64,000 nt of DNA from Adineta vaga (lineage: Eukaryota; Animalia; Rotifera), in the NCBI GenBank assembly GCA_021613535.1, contig CP075497.1:434001-498000 (forward strand), in the 5' to 3' direction. Positions 25,423 through 38,600 of this stretch are shown one piece after another. Below the pieces are notes generated by a model, which saw nothing but the letters and a program-made list of their open reading frames with translations, made no database searches and was not told the origin of the DNA. How positions within the stretch are numbered: position 1 is the first letter of the stretch; every line of letters begins with the position of its first letter. The position numbers and the translations under genes are program-made.

Positions 25423-28400
25423 ATGCCATTCGTGCGAATTCTTCTATGGTTTATGTGCTTCTATTCGGTATCCACAGTGATGGGTTCACCTCAATTCAAT
25501 CTTCATCATACAGATGAGGTAAGTGAGAGTAATTATAAGATTGTAATGCAACACAATTGTCTCTATGCCGCCACCAGCTCGAGTTATAATAAGAAAGGAT
25601 CTCATCAAATAATTCCCTACTGTCTGAGTGAATGGCCATCAAACTGGAAAATAGAGAAAAATAGTCGTGATCAAAATTTTACTTTTCACGAATTACACAT
25701 ACGAAACATCACTAGTCAACAGTTGTATCTCTGGTCGGCACCTATGGATCTTATCGAACGTTATCAATTCTACTTGAATCAGCTGTCGAATTCAAATGAA
25801 ACAAATGTAAACACAGAGCTCTTCTACAATTGTACAATGCCATGGTTCGGTCCAATGTGTCAGTATATGTTCGGTCAATATAAGCCGCATCATTCGTCAT
25901 TTGCTGAAATGACTTATGATTTTAATTTGCATAGAAATGAAATGAGTTCATTAACATGTTATACTCATTTACAATGCAATCATAGTATGCCTTCGATGTG
26001 TCTCGATTGGACTGATATTTTTAATGGAATTATTGATTGTATCGATGGAGAACAGGATGAAAAATATTGTTGGCAACTCGAAGTTAATGATTGTCAAGAC
26101 AATGAATATCGGTGTCGTAATGGACAATGTATACCCGAAGATTTCTATCGCGATGATGCATTGAATCCTGATTGTCTCGATGGATCCGACGAAAATTCGA
26201 TTACAATAAACGTGATCGATGCAGCCATCATGTACCAGATTTTCAATGCGAAGAAGTCACATGTCGTAATTCAGAAGTTGACGAAACAGAATTTAGAATA
26301 CTTTCGTCAAGTTCCTGTGTGAGAGAACGTGGCAAACTGCTTATACAAGCGATGTTTTATGTTAAACATAATTCAGTAACCGACACATGTTGGTTGTCAT
26401 TAATATGCATCGCTCTTGATCCATATCGAATTGACAGTCGAATATGTCAGAACTTTTGTCAAGATGAAAACTGTGATCAACTTGTCGAAGAAAATTGTCC
26501 AGATTTGATACATCTACCATCTGTACCTTTATTGCTCGATCATGTGTACTGAGTTTACACCAACAAAACCATCGGACATAGAGAGGTAATTTTGATGCCT
26601 AAATATGTGTGCTACAGCGGTCGACTCTGCAGTGAAATGTCGACCACCATCACGCTGCTCTCCTTGAATAATGTCACATGTCGTCATTACTACGAACTTC
26701 CATATCAATTGGCAGAAATGGCTCACGAATGGGGCAAAGTATTCAATCATGTACAAAGCCTGTTTCGAACGTGTACGCCAAGCGTCAACGAATATTCAAC
26801 ATTTTGTAACATGTCGACCATGTATCAGTGTTTCGGTTCATCCAAATGCATTTCAATATATCGTCTCAATGATGGTATTCGAGATTGTTATCATGAAGAT
26901 GATGAAAAATTCATTGTGACTGATCAGGACAATCCACTCAAACCATTTAAAAACTGTTACAAATGTAAGGAATCAAATAAGTATATTGATCGTCGTTTTC
27001 TTAACGATTATAGAGATCACTGTCCGCTCGGTGATGATGAAACTCAGGATCATTTCATTTCAAAGCACATTTCCTTTCAAACAATTTGCGATGGTTTTAC
27101 TGAACTATCGCCGGAAACCATTGATGGGCGAGAAGAAACAGATGAAACCGAATGCAAACAATGGTCGTGCAGTAATATATACACACGCTGCAATAGCATA
27201 TGGAATTGTCCCAATGGAGTTGATGAACTTAATTGTGATACGTTACCACGATCAAATTGTACGTCTGATCAATACATGTGTGTTTCACCCATATCAAAAC
27301 AGTTAATGTGTCTACCTATTGAAAAAGCTAATAATGGTATTATTGATTGTCTTGGTGCAACTGATGAACTACAAGTATGCCGAATCTATTTCAACACAGC
27401 ACATACAGTTTTTATTGTAAGAACGAATACTATAGACTTTGTTTACATTACACCACTGTGTGCGATGGTACTAATGATTGCACGTATGGCGAAGACGAAC
27501 AAGTCTGTGAGCCTAAGAATCACAAGGCAAAGTGTACTGCAGAGAACGATCAACTGGTTCTTTCTGATGCCCAATTCTTTTTTTGTGACCGTCTTTCTGA
27601 TCATCGGAGACGCAAAGAAGTGTTCTTCTCACTCAATAGGGCTAACAACCGATCAGACAAAGAGACACATCTAAACACGAAGAGAACACTATGCTACTAT
27701 CTTCACCTATACTTCGAACTATTTCCGAGAGTCAGCAACGTTGTCACCGTGGTCTTGATATGAAATTTTGGTTGGGCAACGAAGTGAACTCGACAAGGAC
27801 TATATGTCTCTGTTCACAGAACTATTATGGTAATATGTGCCAGTTTCAGAATCAACGGGTGAGCTTGACTATGAAAATGCAAGCATCACTAAACTCTTGG
27901 GGCATACCATTCGCCTTTATTATCTCTCTCATCGACGATGACGACCGAATGACTAATTCTCATGAACAATTTACTTATCTCTCAGGAGAAGATTGTCAAA
28001 AGAAATTCAATCTCTATTTACTCTATCTGACTCGACCAAAACACGAAACGAAAAACTATTCGATACATATTGATGCCTATGAAAAAGAATCATTAATCTA
28101 TCGAGCAAGTTGGCTGATACCACTTACTTTTTCATTTTTTGCCTGTGCATCGTACTATCACTCAGCTTAGGATTCCAGCTCGCAGCGACGCCGATAATAT
28201 CTGTTCAGACCACCAGTGTGTTCATGGTCAATGTATCAAGTACACCAACAACAACACGAGTGGCACCACTTTTTTTCGATGCAATGAAGGATGGATTGGA
28301 CGCAACTGTACAATTCCATACACATGCACCTGCGCGTACAATTCTCTATGCGTTGGTGTCTCAGCTGAAAATCGATCTATCTGCGTTTGTTCTCTCGGCA

Positions 28401-30146
28401 GGTTTGGATCTCGATGCTTGCTGAACAATACAGTATGTCAATCCACTACATGTGACAATGGTGGGCAATGCGTACCCTCTGATGAACATATCGCCCCCCA
28501 CAACATGTTTTCATGCATCTGCCCGAAAAGCTTCAGTGGAAATACATGTCAGATTGTTGACACCAAAATAACTATTACATTTGAAAAGAATGTGATTTTA
28601 TCACAATCGATGCTTGTTCATTTTATTCAAATATTAAATAATCTACCACCTACGCGTGTCACGACCTTCAAGAAGATTCTTATTGATCAAAATTCCACGA
28701 CTATTTATTGGACACATCCATTCCATATTATATTTATCGAACCTTCCAAGAAAAACTACTATTTAGGTGTTGTTCAAAAGACATACGTACTATCGACGAC
28801 GCTTAATAATACAACTAAATCATCGCATCGATGTGCACATATCAGCGAATTATTTAACGAGTCATTCGTCAAATCACACCCTCTTTGTCTCATTAAGTAC
28901 TATCATATACCGTATCAAAACCGTTCGCAGCAATTATCCTGTTTCTATGACGATATTCACATGTGTTTATGCACCGATTTTGAACAACAACGATTGGCAA
29001 ATTGCATCGAATTTGACCATAATATGAAACATGATTGTATTGGTCAAAGTATCTGTGAATATGGAGCTCAATGCTTTCAAGACGATTCAGTATGTTCACA
29101 ATCATCAATGTGTATATGTACCGAATGCTTCTATGGAACACACTGTCAATTTACCACAAAAGGATTTGGCCTTTCACTGGACGCTATTTTAGGCTATCAT
29201 ATTCGACCTCATATGAGTCTTCGACATCAACCCTCGACTGTGCTGACTATCATTATGTTCGTGCTAGGACTCTTCAATGGAGTTCTGTCGATAACTACAT
29301 TCGAGATTCAAAAGTTACGCGAAGTTGGATGTGGTTTCTATCTATTGGGTTCATCAATCACTTCCATACTCACAATGACTGTATTTGCGATTAAATTCGG
29401 ATTGCTGATGCTCTTGCAAATGGGATCGATCACCAACCGATCGTTTCTACGTAGTCAGTGTACTTCAATGGATTTTCTTGTACGAATCTGTCTTAGTATG
29501 GATCAATGGCTCAATGCGTGTGTGGCTGTGGAACGAGCTATAACCGCTATGAAAGGAGTCAAATTTAACAAAAAGACGAGTAGACGAACAGCTAAATGGG
29601 TTATTTTCGTCCTTATTCTTCTAATGATCAGCACTACCATTCATGATCCCATTCATCGACGACTAATAGATGATAAAGATGATGACGAGCGGCGAATATG
29701 GTGTTTTTTTCACTTATTCGGCCAATCTCGAAGTTTTCAATTCGATTGTCAACATTATTCATTTCCTCGTTCCATTTTTCATCAATGTGATCTCAGCTGT
29801 TGTCATTATCGTGGCAGCAGCTCGACAACGAGCACGCACTCGTCCTCATCAAACATAAAAACAGCATTTGCATGAACAATTTCAGCAACACAAACAACTT
29901 CTTATTGGACCATGCATACTAATCATTCTCGCTTTTCCGCGTCTCTACATTTCATTCATTTCGGGCTGCATGAAATCAGCTCGTAATCCATGGTTATTTC
30001 TTGTCGGTTATTTTATTTCATTTGTTCCATCCATGCTTACATTTCTTGTTTTTGTTCTCCCATCAAAATTGTATAAAGACGAATTTTATAAATCAATCAA
30101 ACAACGTAAAATAGCTATACGTCGATATCTACATCTGAATCCATGA
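25423..30146 (+). pseudogene. LDLa-repeat / EGF-repeat / rhodopsin-like 7TM receptor, frameshifted
   Basis: Signal peptide, LDLa repeats (CRNGQCIP...DCLDGSDE), EGF repeats (CDNGGQC...CICP..FSGNTC) and a 7TM region with CVAVER. Split over about 8 overlapping ORFs by frameshifts, with no evident introns. Sequencing error cannot be excluded. Confidence 0.85.
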
Positions 30147-30660
30147 GAAACAGGTAATATATATATATAAAGAAGAATATTTGTTCATCTGTTCTTTATT
30201 ATTTTGATACCATAGGAGCCAGTGCAGCTAAACTTTTTACAAACTCTTCTTTCATCAAGAGGTAGGTTGAGGGCTATTTAGTTTTCAGAAAACATTGGTC
30301 TTCCGCTCAGAAATAGGTCCGCCCATTTGTCTAAAATCTTATTGGTTGACTGGAAATCAATACGAATTAAACTAATAAAAAACAAGCTGATCAAAATTGG
30401 GTTTTCGCGAGAATAGTCGTCTATGTGTTTCTACAGGTGACGAGCTCGAATCCGATGTCCATTATCCGCGAAATCCAATGAGTTATAGTCGAAAGTCAAT
30501 AGGAATCGAGTTTTGGGGAACTGGTTTCTCGGAGTTGCTCTGAGACGGGGATTTCGAATAAACAGTTTATCAGGTTCAAAGGCTGTGCCTCAGTCATTAG
30601 CTCATAAAAATCCACTTCTGACGTTGCTGTAAAGGTTCTGTCGCACAAAAATTGTGCTGT

Positions 30661-30682
30661 GTGTCTGTCTGTCTGTCTGTCT
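30661..30682. repeat. (TCTG)n microsatellite
   Basis: GTGTCTGTCTGTCTGTCTGTCT. Confidence 0.7.
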
Positions 30683-32544
30683 TTGCAACAAACTAGGATT
30701 CAGCTTGATTCGAACAGTTCAAAGTACGATTTATCGTCTTAATTCTCTCGATGAATGAGGATTGTGAACATGAGGTCCTAGACCAATTAGACGTATCAAA
30801 GCCTCTTTATTTTGCAAGGCTGTCTACGGCTACGGATAGATTTCCCAGCAGGGCTCCCCATTCGTCAGGCTTTTCTACATGTTCTCGAACTCAATGGATC
30901 TTTTTCATGCATACATTAATATATTCATCTTCTGAATAACACAAACAAAATATTCTATCATAACTATTTTGAGTGACTTCTCTATTGAATTCCACTGATA
31001 TAGCTTGTCGATCTTAGTCTATAGTGTTCTTCATTCTTTTTTATGGAGATGAATAAAACATTGTCTTTACGATCCTCATAGATGGATGGTTTTAAGATAG
31101 TTTGCTTGATGGAACTGAAGTCACTTTATAGAGAGCACACTAAATATAAACAAAAAATTTTGTTCGTTTTTCATTTGAACTTCGATGGAGTCTGTATTAT
31201 TAAAATTTTTTTCTATCAAACTTCATCTCTATAACTTAAATATTTACATAAAAATTAAAAATATTTCATTTTTATTGTAGAACAAAATTTTCAATGACCT
31301 GATCTGTTTTGAACACTGACTTTTGGATATTTTTTTGTTTTGTACGTTTCTATTTCGATGACCGAACAATTTGTCGCGATGATATAATCCAATCATAATT
31401 TATCATTATTTTTTCGATGATGAAGTCACCTCCTAAGTTAAGTTTGAAACACATATTCGAATGAGTATAAAAATTGTAGAGAATATTTCTACTGACCACC
31501 CTAGACGAACATTTTTTCTCCTGTTTTTGAGCCAGACAGGTTTCAAGATGTGTCATGCGCAGATAATACGCATGACATATGAGCTAGAAAGTTTCAAGTT
31601 TCTAAGTTACGCAAAACAATTTGTTGGTAATTCTATTTTATATCAGAGCAGGACTGCTATTTCTTATTTTGTAAAAGGGGATAGATTCTTTTCATTCCAA
31701 AGTAGAGAAAATTACATTTCTTTTAATAAATCAAGGCAATATATTACAGTTTCTATAATTAGATTATCTTTATTATTCTTTTTTTCCAAAAAACCATTAT
31801 ACTACTTGATTTAGTTCATAGGATAAGTGTCAAAACAATATAACTTCCTACTAATGGAAACAAACTGAACACTCCATGGTACTTTTTCATATCAACGGCA
31901 TCGCGGCACCGATACTATTATGTCCTCACCCTCACTTCGAACTATTGTATTCGGACGACTGATATGGCTCGAAATTATGAACTAAACTTACAACACAATA
32001 AAGTTGCTTGCTTCAAAAAATGAAATAGTAAACAGTATTATTTGCTATAAATCAAAGCGTCGAGAAGTTAACATAGTGACATAAAATTCATTTGAAATAA
32101 AAAAATAAAAAATAGTTTTGTAGATCGATTATTTCATTATCTGTTTAGATAAAAGTGTGTGTGTGTGTGTGTGATATACGATATAATAATTCCATGTTTA
32201 ATCAGAGAATTATCACAAAACTTTAGAGAAAAAATCTACTCCTAAATCTATATTTATTCAAATAAAGATATATGTTATAAAAAGCACGGATCATACGATA
32301 TAAACACACTATTATGACGAAGTGCACACTATACCAACCATTTTATTAAGGACAAAATACAGAAAATATAAAAAGAAATATGTGACAAGGCAATTTTTTA
32401 CTTTATATTTACAAAACAATACATAAAATTTGTATAATCAATATGATAAAGCAAAATAATATATATATATATTGATTGAAATATTCTGCATAATATTGAT
32501 TAGAATTCATCGAACGAAATCAACTATTAATATACAAATTAAAA

Positions 32545-33300
32545 ATGGGTAAACTTGATGGAAAAGTTGCTCTTATTACTGGTGGATCAGAAGGCATTGG
32601 TTTAGCAACAGCTATAACATTTGTCAAAGAAGGTGCTTACGTTTTTATTACTGGTCGTCGAAAAGAAGTTTTAGACGATGCAATTAAGAAAATTGGTGAA
32701 AAATTTGTTACTGCAATTCAATCTGATGCATCAAAATTAGATGAAATTGATAATGTTATCAATATTATTGAAAAAGAAAAAGGTAAACTCAATATTATCT
32801 TTGCAAATGCAGGAGGTGGTACAATTGTACCATTAGAATCAATTACTGAAGATCATTATAATCATGTATTTGATTTGAATGTTAAAGGTATTCTTTTTAT
32901 TGTTCAAAAAGCTTTAAAAATTCTTGAAAATGGTAGTTCAATTATAATAAATGGATCAACTCATAGTATAAAAGGTGTTCTAGGTTATGGTGTTTATGCG
33001 GCATCTAAAGCTGCACTTCGATCATTTGCACGTTGTTGGTCTGTTGATTTAAAAGATCGACAAATTCGAGTTAATATTATTAGTCCTGGTGCTACGGAAA
33101 CTTCATTAGCGAAACAAGCTGTTGGTGGTACAGAAAAAGATTGGCAAGAAATTGTAAAACAACTTTCACCATTGATCGTCTTAGGTCGTTTTGCTCAACC
33201 TGATGAAATAGCTAAACCTACTCTATTTCTTGCTTCAGATGATAGTTCATATATTACTGGAATTGAACTTTTTGTTGATGGAGGTCTTGCACAAATTTAA
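32545..33300 (+). CDS. Classical short-chain dehydrogenase/reductase, bacterial-like, intronless
   Basis: TGGSEGIG, ANAG, YAASK, NIISPG and C-terminal ITGIELFVDGG motifs. Confidence 0.95.
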   Translation: MGKLDGKVALITGGSEGIGLATAITFVKEGAYVFITGRRKEVLDDAIKKIGEKFVTAIQSDASKLDEIDNVINIIEKEKGKLNIIFANAGGGTIVPLESITEDHYNHVFDLNVKGILFIVQKALKILENGSSIIINGSTHSIKGVLGYGVYAASKAALRSFARCWSVDLKDRQIRVNIISPGATETSLAKQAVGGTEKDWQEIVKQLSPLIVLGRFAQPDEIAKPTLFLASDDSSYITGIELFVDGGLAQI

Positions 33301-33520
33301 TTATATTTCGTTTATTATTGATAAATTTAATATTTATTCGATTGAAATACATTTATAATGTCAATATTTTTTGGTATTAAACTTGTTTTGTAATCTTACT
33401 AATAAATATATGGATAAATTGCAAAATTATTGTAAGATACAATGCGATACAAACGTCGGAGTAGAAACTTTTCTGCCATTTTTTTCACATTATTCGATAG
33501 AGTTTTAGCCTTAGCAAAAA

Positions 33521-33619
33521 CTTGAGGATGTGAGGTTCGAGTAAAGTTTTATCCACATCGATCCGTCAACCTCTGACATAAACACATACACAAACTATTT
33601 CTTTTCTTGAGAGTGAGGA
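33521..33619. repeat. Degenerate telomere-like element(s)
   Basis: CTTGAGGATGTGAGG at 33521 and CTTGAGAGTGAGG at 33606. Right arm weak. Confidence 0.45.
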
Positions 33620-33627
33620 TTAGATTG

Positions 33628-34143
33628 TCACTCCATTGATCTATAATCTTTTTGAAGTTTAGGTTCAAATCTTCCTTGTCCATTGTAATTTTTTGTTTTT
33701 ATAAACCATTTTCCTTCAAATTGACATTCATTGGAATTCCAAACAAGTTGAATTGTTACATAAATAAATACCTTCAATAGTAAATTCACCAATATTATCA
33801 TAGTTATTTTGTTCAATTCTATTTTTAATATAATCTTTATTCGATGGTATTGAAATACTATTTGACCAAAGATGATCAAGTGCCATTAGAAATAAAATAA
33901 AAATAACAAATGGCATCACATAGCCCATAAATGTAGTTGGAAGTTGATAACCATTACTCATACGGCTTGCATGTCTTCCACGATAAAAATGATCTAATAA
34001 TAAAGAAAATATTATTAAAGATAGAATAATTTAGTTCGTCCTGTTCGAGTTCGACTACTACTTTTTGAATCAAGAGTACTTTGACAATAAATGCTACTAA
34101 TAAGAATCATTATGATCAAAGATCGATGAAAGATTATGTGCAT
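33628..34143 (-). pseudogene. Internally deleted, frameshifted paralogue of 6397-7110
   Basis: Shares GYQxPTTF, HLWSNS and FEGKWFIKTKNYN...YRSME. The central part is missing and the frame is broken. Confidence 0.85.
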
Positions 34144-34631
34144 TATGTATATGTTTTGAACAAATCAAAAATTTCTTTCGTCAAAATATAATACAAGGAA
34201 AGATTGTATTTTGTTTCGCTTGATATCATATCAAATAATAAACAAAAAATAAGCACGTGTTCATCAAACATTTCTTCAATACATATACCTTTTTGTTTTT
34301 TGAATATAATATGTATATAATGATGAAAGAAAGAAAAATAACTAACGTAATAAAAAAATCGAATATTTCTCTGGATCAAAATATAACTTGTAGATGTTTC
34401 TCACATGTGACAGTTTTTATTTTCCTATACATTGAACTTTTCACCGGTTTCTTGAGAATTGTTCACTTCAGAAAGAATATTCGCGATCAAAATAACATCG
34501 AATAGAATCCTACGAAGGCATTCTGTATATAATAACAAGTAATATTCATTCTTACAATTCACTAAATCCTCAACTGTGGAAGGTAGAAATATATTTTACC
34601 TACACAATTTTAAAAAGACTATCAATACTAC

Positions 34632-34693
34632 GGCGTGGATCAGGTTGGTGATAATATATAATAGTGGATCAACACACTCACCCTCACCCTCGA
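34632..34693. repeat. Telomere-like palindromic element (good right arm)
   Basis: GGCGTGGAT ... ACACACTCACCCTCACCCTCGA. Confidence 0.6.
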
Positions 34694-35175
34694 ATTTTCA
34701 ACTAATAATTTATTCGTTTGATCGATTGCTATTTGACAAAGATCGAGAATATTCATTTCGTTGATCGTATTTTTTAATATAATCAGTTAGATAAAATTTC
34801 AATTGTTCTATGTTGAAGAAAATTGTGTGAATGAAATATCATGCGAACGTCCATTACTATTAAAACTTTCATGTTGTTGTAATTGTCATTCAATGATCAC
34901 ATACTGTATTCTTTCCATATTTCGATCATTGAATAAATATCTATACATTTCATATTACGATAACGAGTAGAGATTCTTCTATTGGTGGATATATTTAAAC
35001 GTATGATGTGATAAAGACTAAGATGGCAGAGGATGCGAGAATCAAAAGAATAATTATATTCTCAATGAACATTCTTTTAACTTAGTGTTCATTTCTCATT
35101 ATGAAATAAAATGTTTATTTTCTTGAATTATTCATCAATCTTTATGTAGTTCCACATGGATATTTTCCTTTACAT

Positions 35176-35250
35176 CTTGAGGGTGTGGGTGTGTGAGTAT
35201 CACCTCTTCTTTCACATTCACATCCATCCACCCACACCCTCCCTCGTAAG
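35176..35250. repeat. Telomere-like palindromic element
   Basis: CTTGAGGGTGTGGGTGTGTGAG ... CACATCCATCCACCCACACCCTCCCTCG. Confidence 0.9.
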
Positions 35251-35608
35251 TTTGAGCAAAGATCTTGCTGTTGATTATCAACGTTTCTTTGATTCGTGTA
35301 TTCCCAGCTGCTCGATATTTCACAATAATAATTATGATTTAAAACAAAGCGAATAATATTTGAAGATGAAGTATGAACGGAACTATGGAATTAAAAATTT
35401 CAACTTTCAATGCGATTTTAAGATTATTTTTATTTGAGAAGTTTGAATTTCAACTCTTAAAATATTTGAATATAATGTTAAATAAATACGAACAGAAGCA
35501 CAATTATAATTTCAATAAAATAGATTGTTTTTCATATTATAAAACAAACTAGATTAAAATCATTGATAAATAATACGAATAATTTAGTATAAGATCAGTT
35601 GAACAGCA

Positions 35609-38600
35609 TTAGCAAATGATGGTTAAAATATTCAGCATACCATCGATGTTCGTCAAAACGATAATATCTTGAGAACTATCACCAGTAAAATCACCAACGA
35701 ATATGTCTTCGAAAGATTTTCGATTGATCGTATCTGGGAATATTTTTTGTTCTTGAAAGTTACCTTTTCCATCTCCTAGCAGAATACATATATTGTTACT
35801 AATATTTTCGGTAAGAAGGACATCTTGATGACCGTCACCATTAAAATCACCGACAAAAATATATTCCGCTGTACTACACTCACTTGAGAAATACTTCATT
35901 AATCCACCAAAAGAACCATTTCTATATCCAAACATAAAACTAACAGTATTACCTCCAAAATAGCTAAAAACAATGTCAGTAATATTATCACCATTAAAAT
36001 CACCGACATCGATATATTCAGACGTACCACTATTTTCAATAAAAGACAATTTTGGTTGGTCAAAACTCCCATTGCCATGTCCTAGAAGTGTACAAACATT
36101 TTTATCCCAACCATCATTCATTATAACGATATCCATATGATTATCTTTATTAAAGTCACCGATCGCAAACGACTCCAACCGAGCACCAAGTCCGACATCA
36201 AGTTCTGTTGAGACTGAAAAATATTGATTATTAAATCCAAAAATCACTTGTATATGTTTTTCATATGATTTGAGAACGATAATATCTAGATGACCATCCT
36301 CGTTAAAGTCTGATACAGCGCTTTGAGATATACTACCAGAGTAATTGAAGATATTTTTTGGCTCTTAAAAAGTTGCGTTCCCATTGCCAAATAAAATACT
36401 CAACCTCGTAGTAGAGGAACCAGAGGATACAATATCTACTTGATTATCATCGTTAAAATCACCAGTTGCAATAATGTTTGAAATTGTATTTCCAATTAGC
36501 GAATAGATTGGCAATATATGAAAAGTTCCATCACCAATTCCAAGAAAAACCTGTATACCAGAGGATGTTTGAGGAAAAATTGCAACATCAAGTCGATTAT
36601 CATTATTAAAATCTCCAACAATAGTTTCTGACGAAGAACCGCTCATATACGAGATATCTAGCCTTGTATATTTATATTGTGGATGACAAATTGATACTAT
36701 TAGATGAAAAATAATAATATACAGAATGATATCATTCAATATTAAACGTTTTCAAAACATATAAAGATTACTTACCATTCGCAGCTGGTTTTGTTGATGA
36801 TTTTGTTGTTGTTGTTGATGTTGATTTTGTTGCGGTTGTTGAACTCGGGATAGTATTGTTTGCCATATCTGTAGAGGAAACTATTAAAGAAAAATTGATA
36901 AATCTTTTATAATAGAAACATTTATTAAGAAGCGATGTAATATAAAAAGAATATACCTGTTGTGACAATATTGATGTTTTCTTTTCGCGCGATGTAAATC
37001 GAAAAGAGAACCAAAGCAATAATCACAAACATTACGAGCACACATATTATGACAATTTTGTAAGAACAACAGATTGTCGAATGAATGTTATGTGTTCTAA
37101 AATAAGAATTATTTTAAATGATCGAATGAAAAAGATAAATGATATACCGAGATCTTTTATTAGTTAATATTGGTTCGAATTTAGAAGATGATTTGTAAAT
37201 ATTTTTGTTTACTGTTTCAACAGGTGGCATTTGAATTGAATGAACAGGTTCAACAATACTTATTCGTTTTTTTTTACGATAATTATATATCTTATTTACA
37301 ATTCGAACTATATGAGGAGAAATCCATTTGAGAACAATTGTTAAACCACCTTGAAAACTTAGTAAAACTGTTATTGTATAAAGAATACTAAATCGTTCAG
37401 TATAAGTAAATGAACATGAAGAAGGTAAACATCGTTCATAGTAGGATGAATAGTTGACCGTTGTATTCCTATTCCATTTTTCAACAAATAATTGATTAAG
37501 AAGTTCATTTATAGTCATATTAATTGAGAATTGATTCATTGTTCTTGAGAGAGGAAGAATTTTAGTAGGATAATTTGTATATTGTTGAATAAGATTAAGA
37601 CATGTTTGATTATAAAAACATTCAAGTGTCGAAGAACGAAATGATTCACTTGGTGTACATCCGATTTTCAAACCTTGAAGTGAAAATATTTTAGAAGAAT
37701 TTATATTAATGTCAATGAAATTTGCTTGACTTGTACAATTGGAATATAATCCACATGAACATTTATCATAGATTATACCTTCTGTAGTTGCAATGCCATT
37801 GCGTGTGGAAAAGATATCACCTCTTGTATCTGTAGAGACAATATATTTATAATTCGATCCATACGTTGATATAATTGCATTTCCATGATTAATACTTCGA
37901 ATAAAGGATAGAAATTGCTTGAATATTGCTGGAGCATTTGATTCTATCTGTTCAATTAATGAAAAAAGACGATTATTAAAATTCTTTTCTGACAAAAGTT
38001 GATTGGTGACAAATAAGGAAGAAAGAAATTGTTCAATTGAACTATTCTCTGATTTAATAGAAAAATGACATAATTGTTGAAGAAATTGTAAATGAGCAGA
38101 AAGAAAACGACGATAATCTTGTTGATCATATGTCGAAAGAGTAGTGTCCATGTTCTTTGTCAAATCAATTCGCCATTGATCGGAAACGAATTGACTTAAA
38201 CAGATCTATGAACAAAAAATACATTAAAAATATTTTCGAGATATTGTGATACATTTAAATATTCTTTGTTCTTACTTCATGAAATAATGGTTCTATAGAA
38301 ATTAATCCATAATATACTAATGAAATATTTGAACATGAGCAGTCTAGTTGATTATCATATTGTTGTTTGAGAGAATTATAGAAATCGAAAGATGGTTTAT
38401 CGAAAGTTTTTGTTAATACTTGTGGTTGAACAATTATGAAGAGAAAGAAAATTGTAAGACAAATAAAGAATAAAATAATATAAAGACGAGTTGCCCATTG
38501 ACCAAGATATTTAGCTGTTACTTGATTAGTATTACTTCCAAAACTTCGTAGAGGAAATATGTTGAGATTGAATACCATGTGTTTGAAAAGACTAATTAAC

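Noticed and set aside
30200-31850. Possible transposon remnant downstream of the GPCR pseudogene
   Set aside because: The composition looks repeat-like, but I could not find matching TIRs, a TSD or coding motifs.
32155-32173. (GT)n run between the GPCR and SDR genes as a motif copy
   Set aside because: It is a plain dinucleotide microsatellite with no GAGGG/TGGG unit and no partner arm. The nearby CCTCACCCTCAC at about 31924 is too short to call.
32545-33300. Bacterial contamination as the source of the SDR and other bacterial-type genes
   Set aside because: They have host-like AT content, show no operon structure, and are interleaved with intron-containing genes and eukaryotic transposons.
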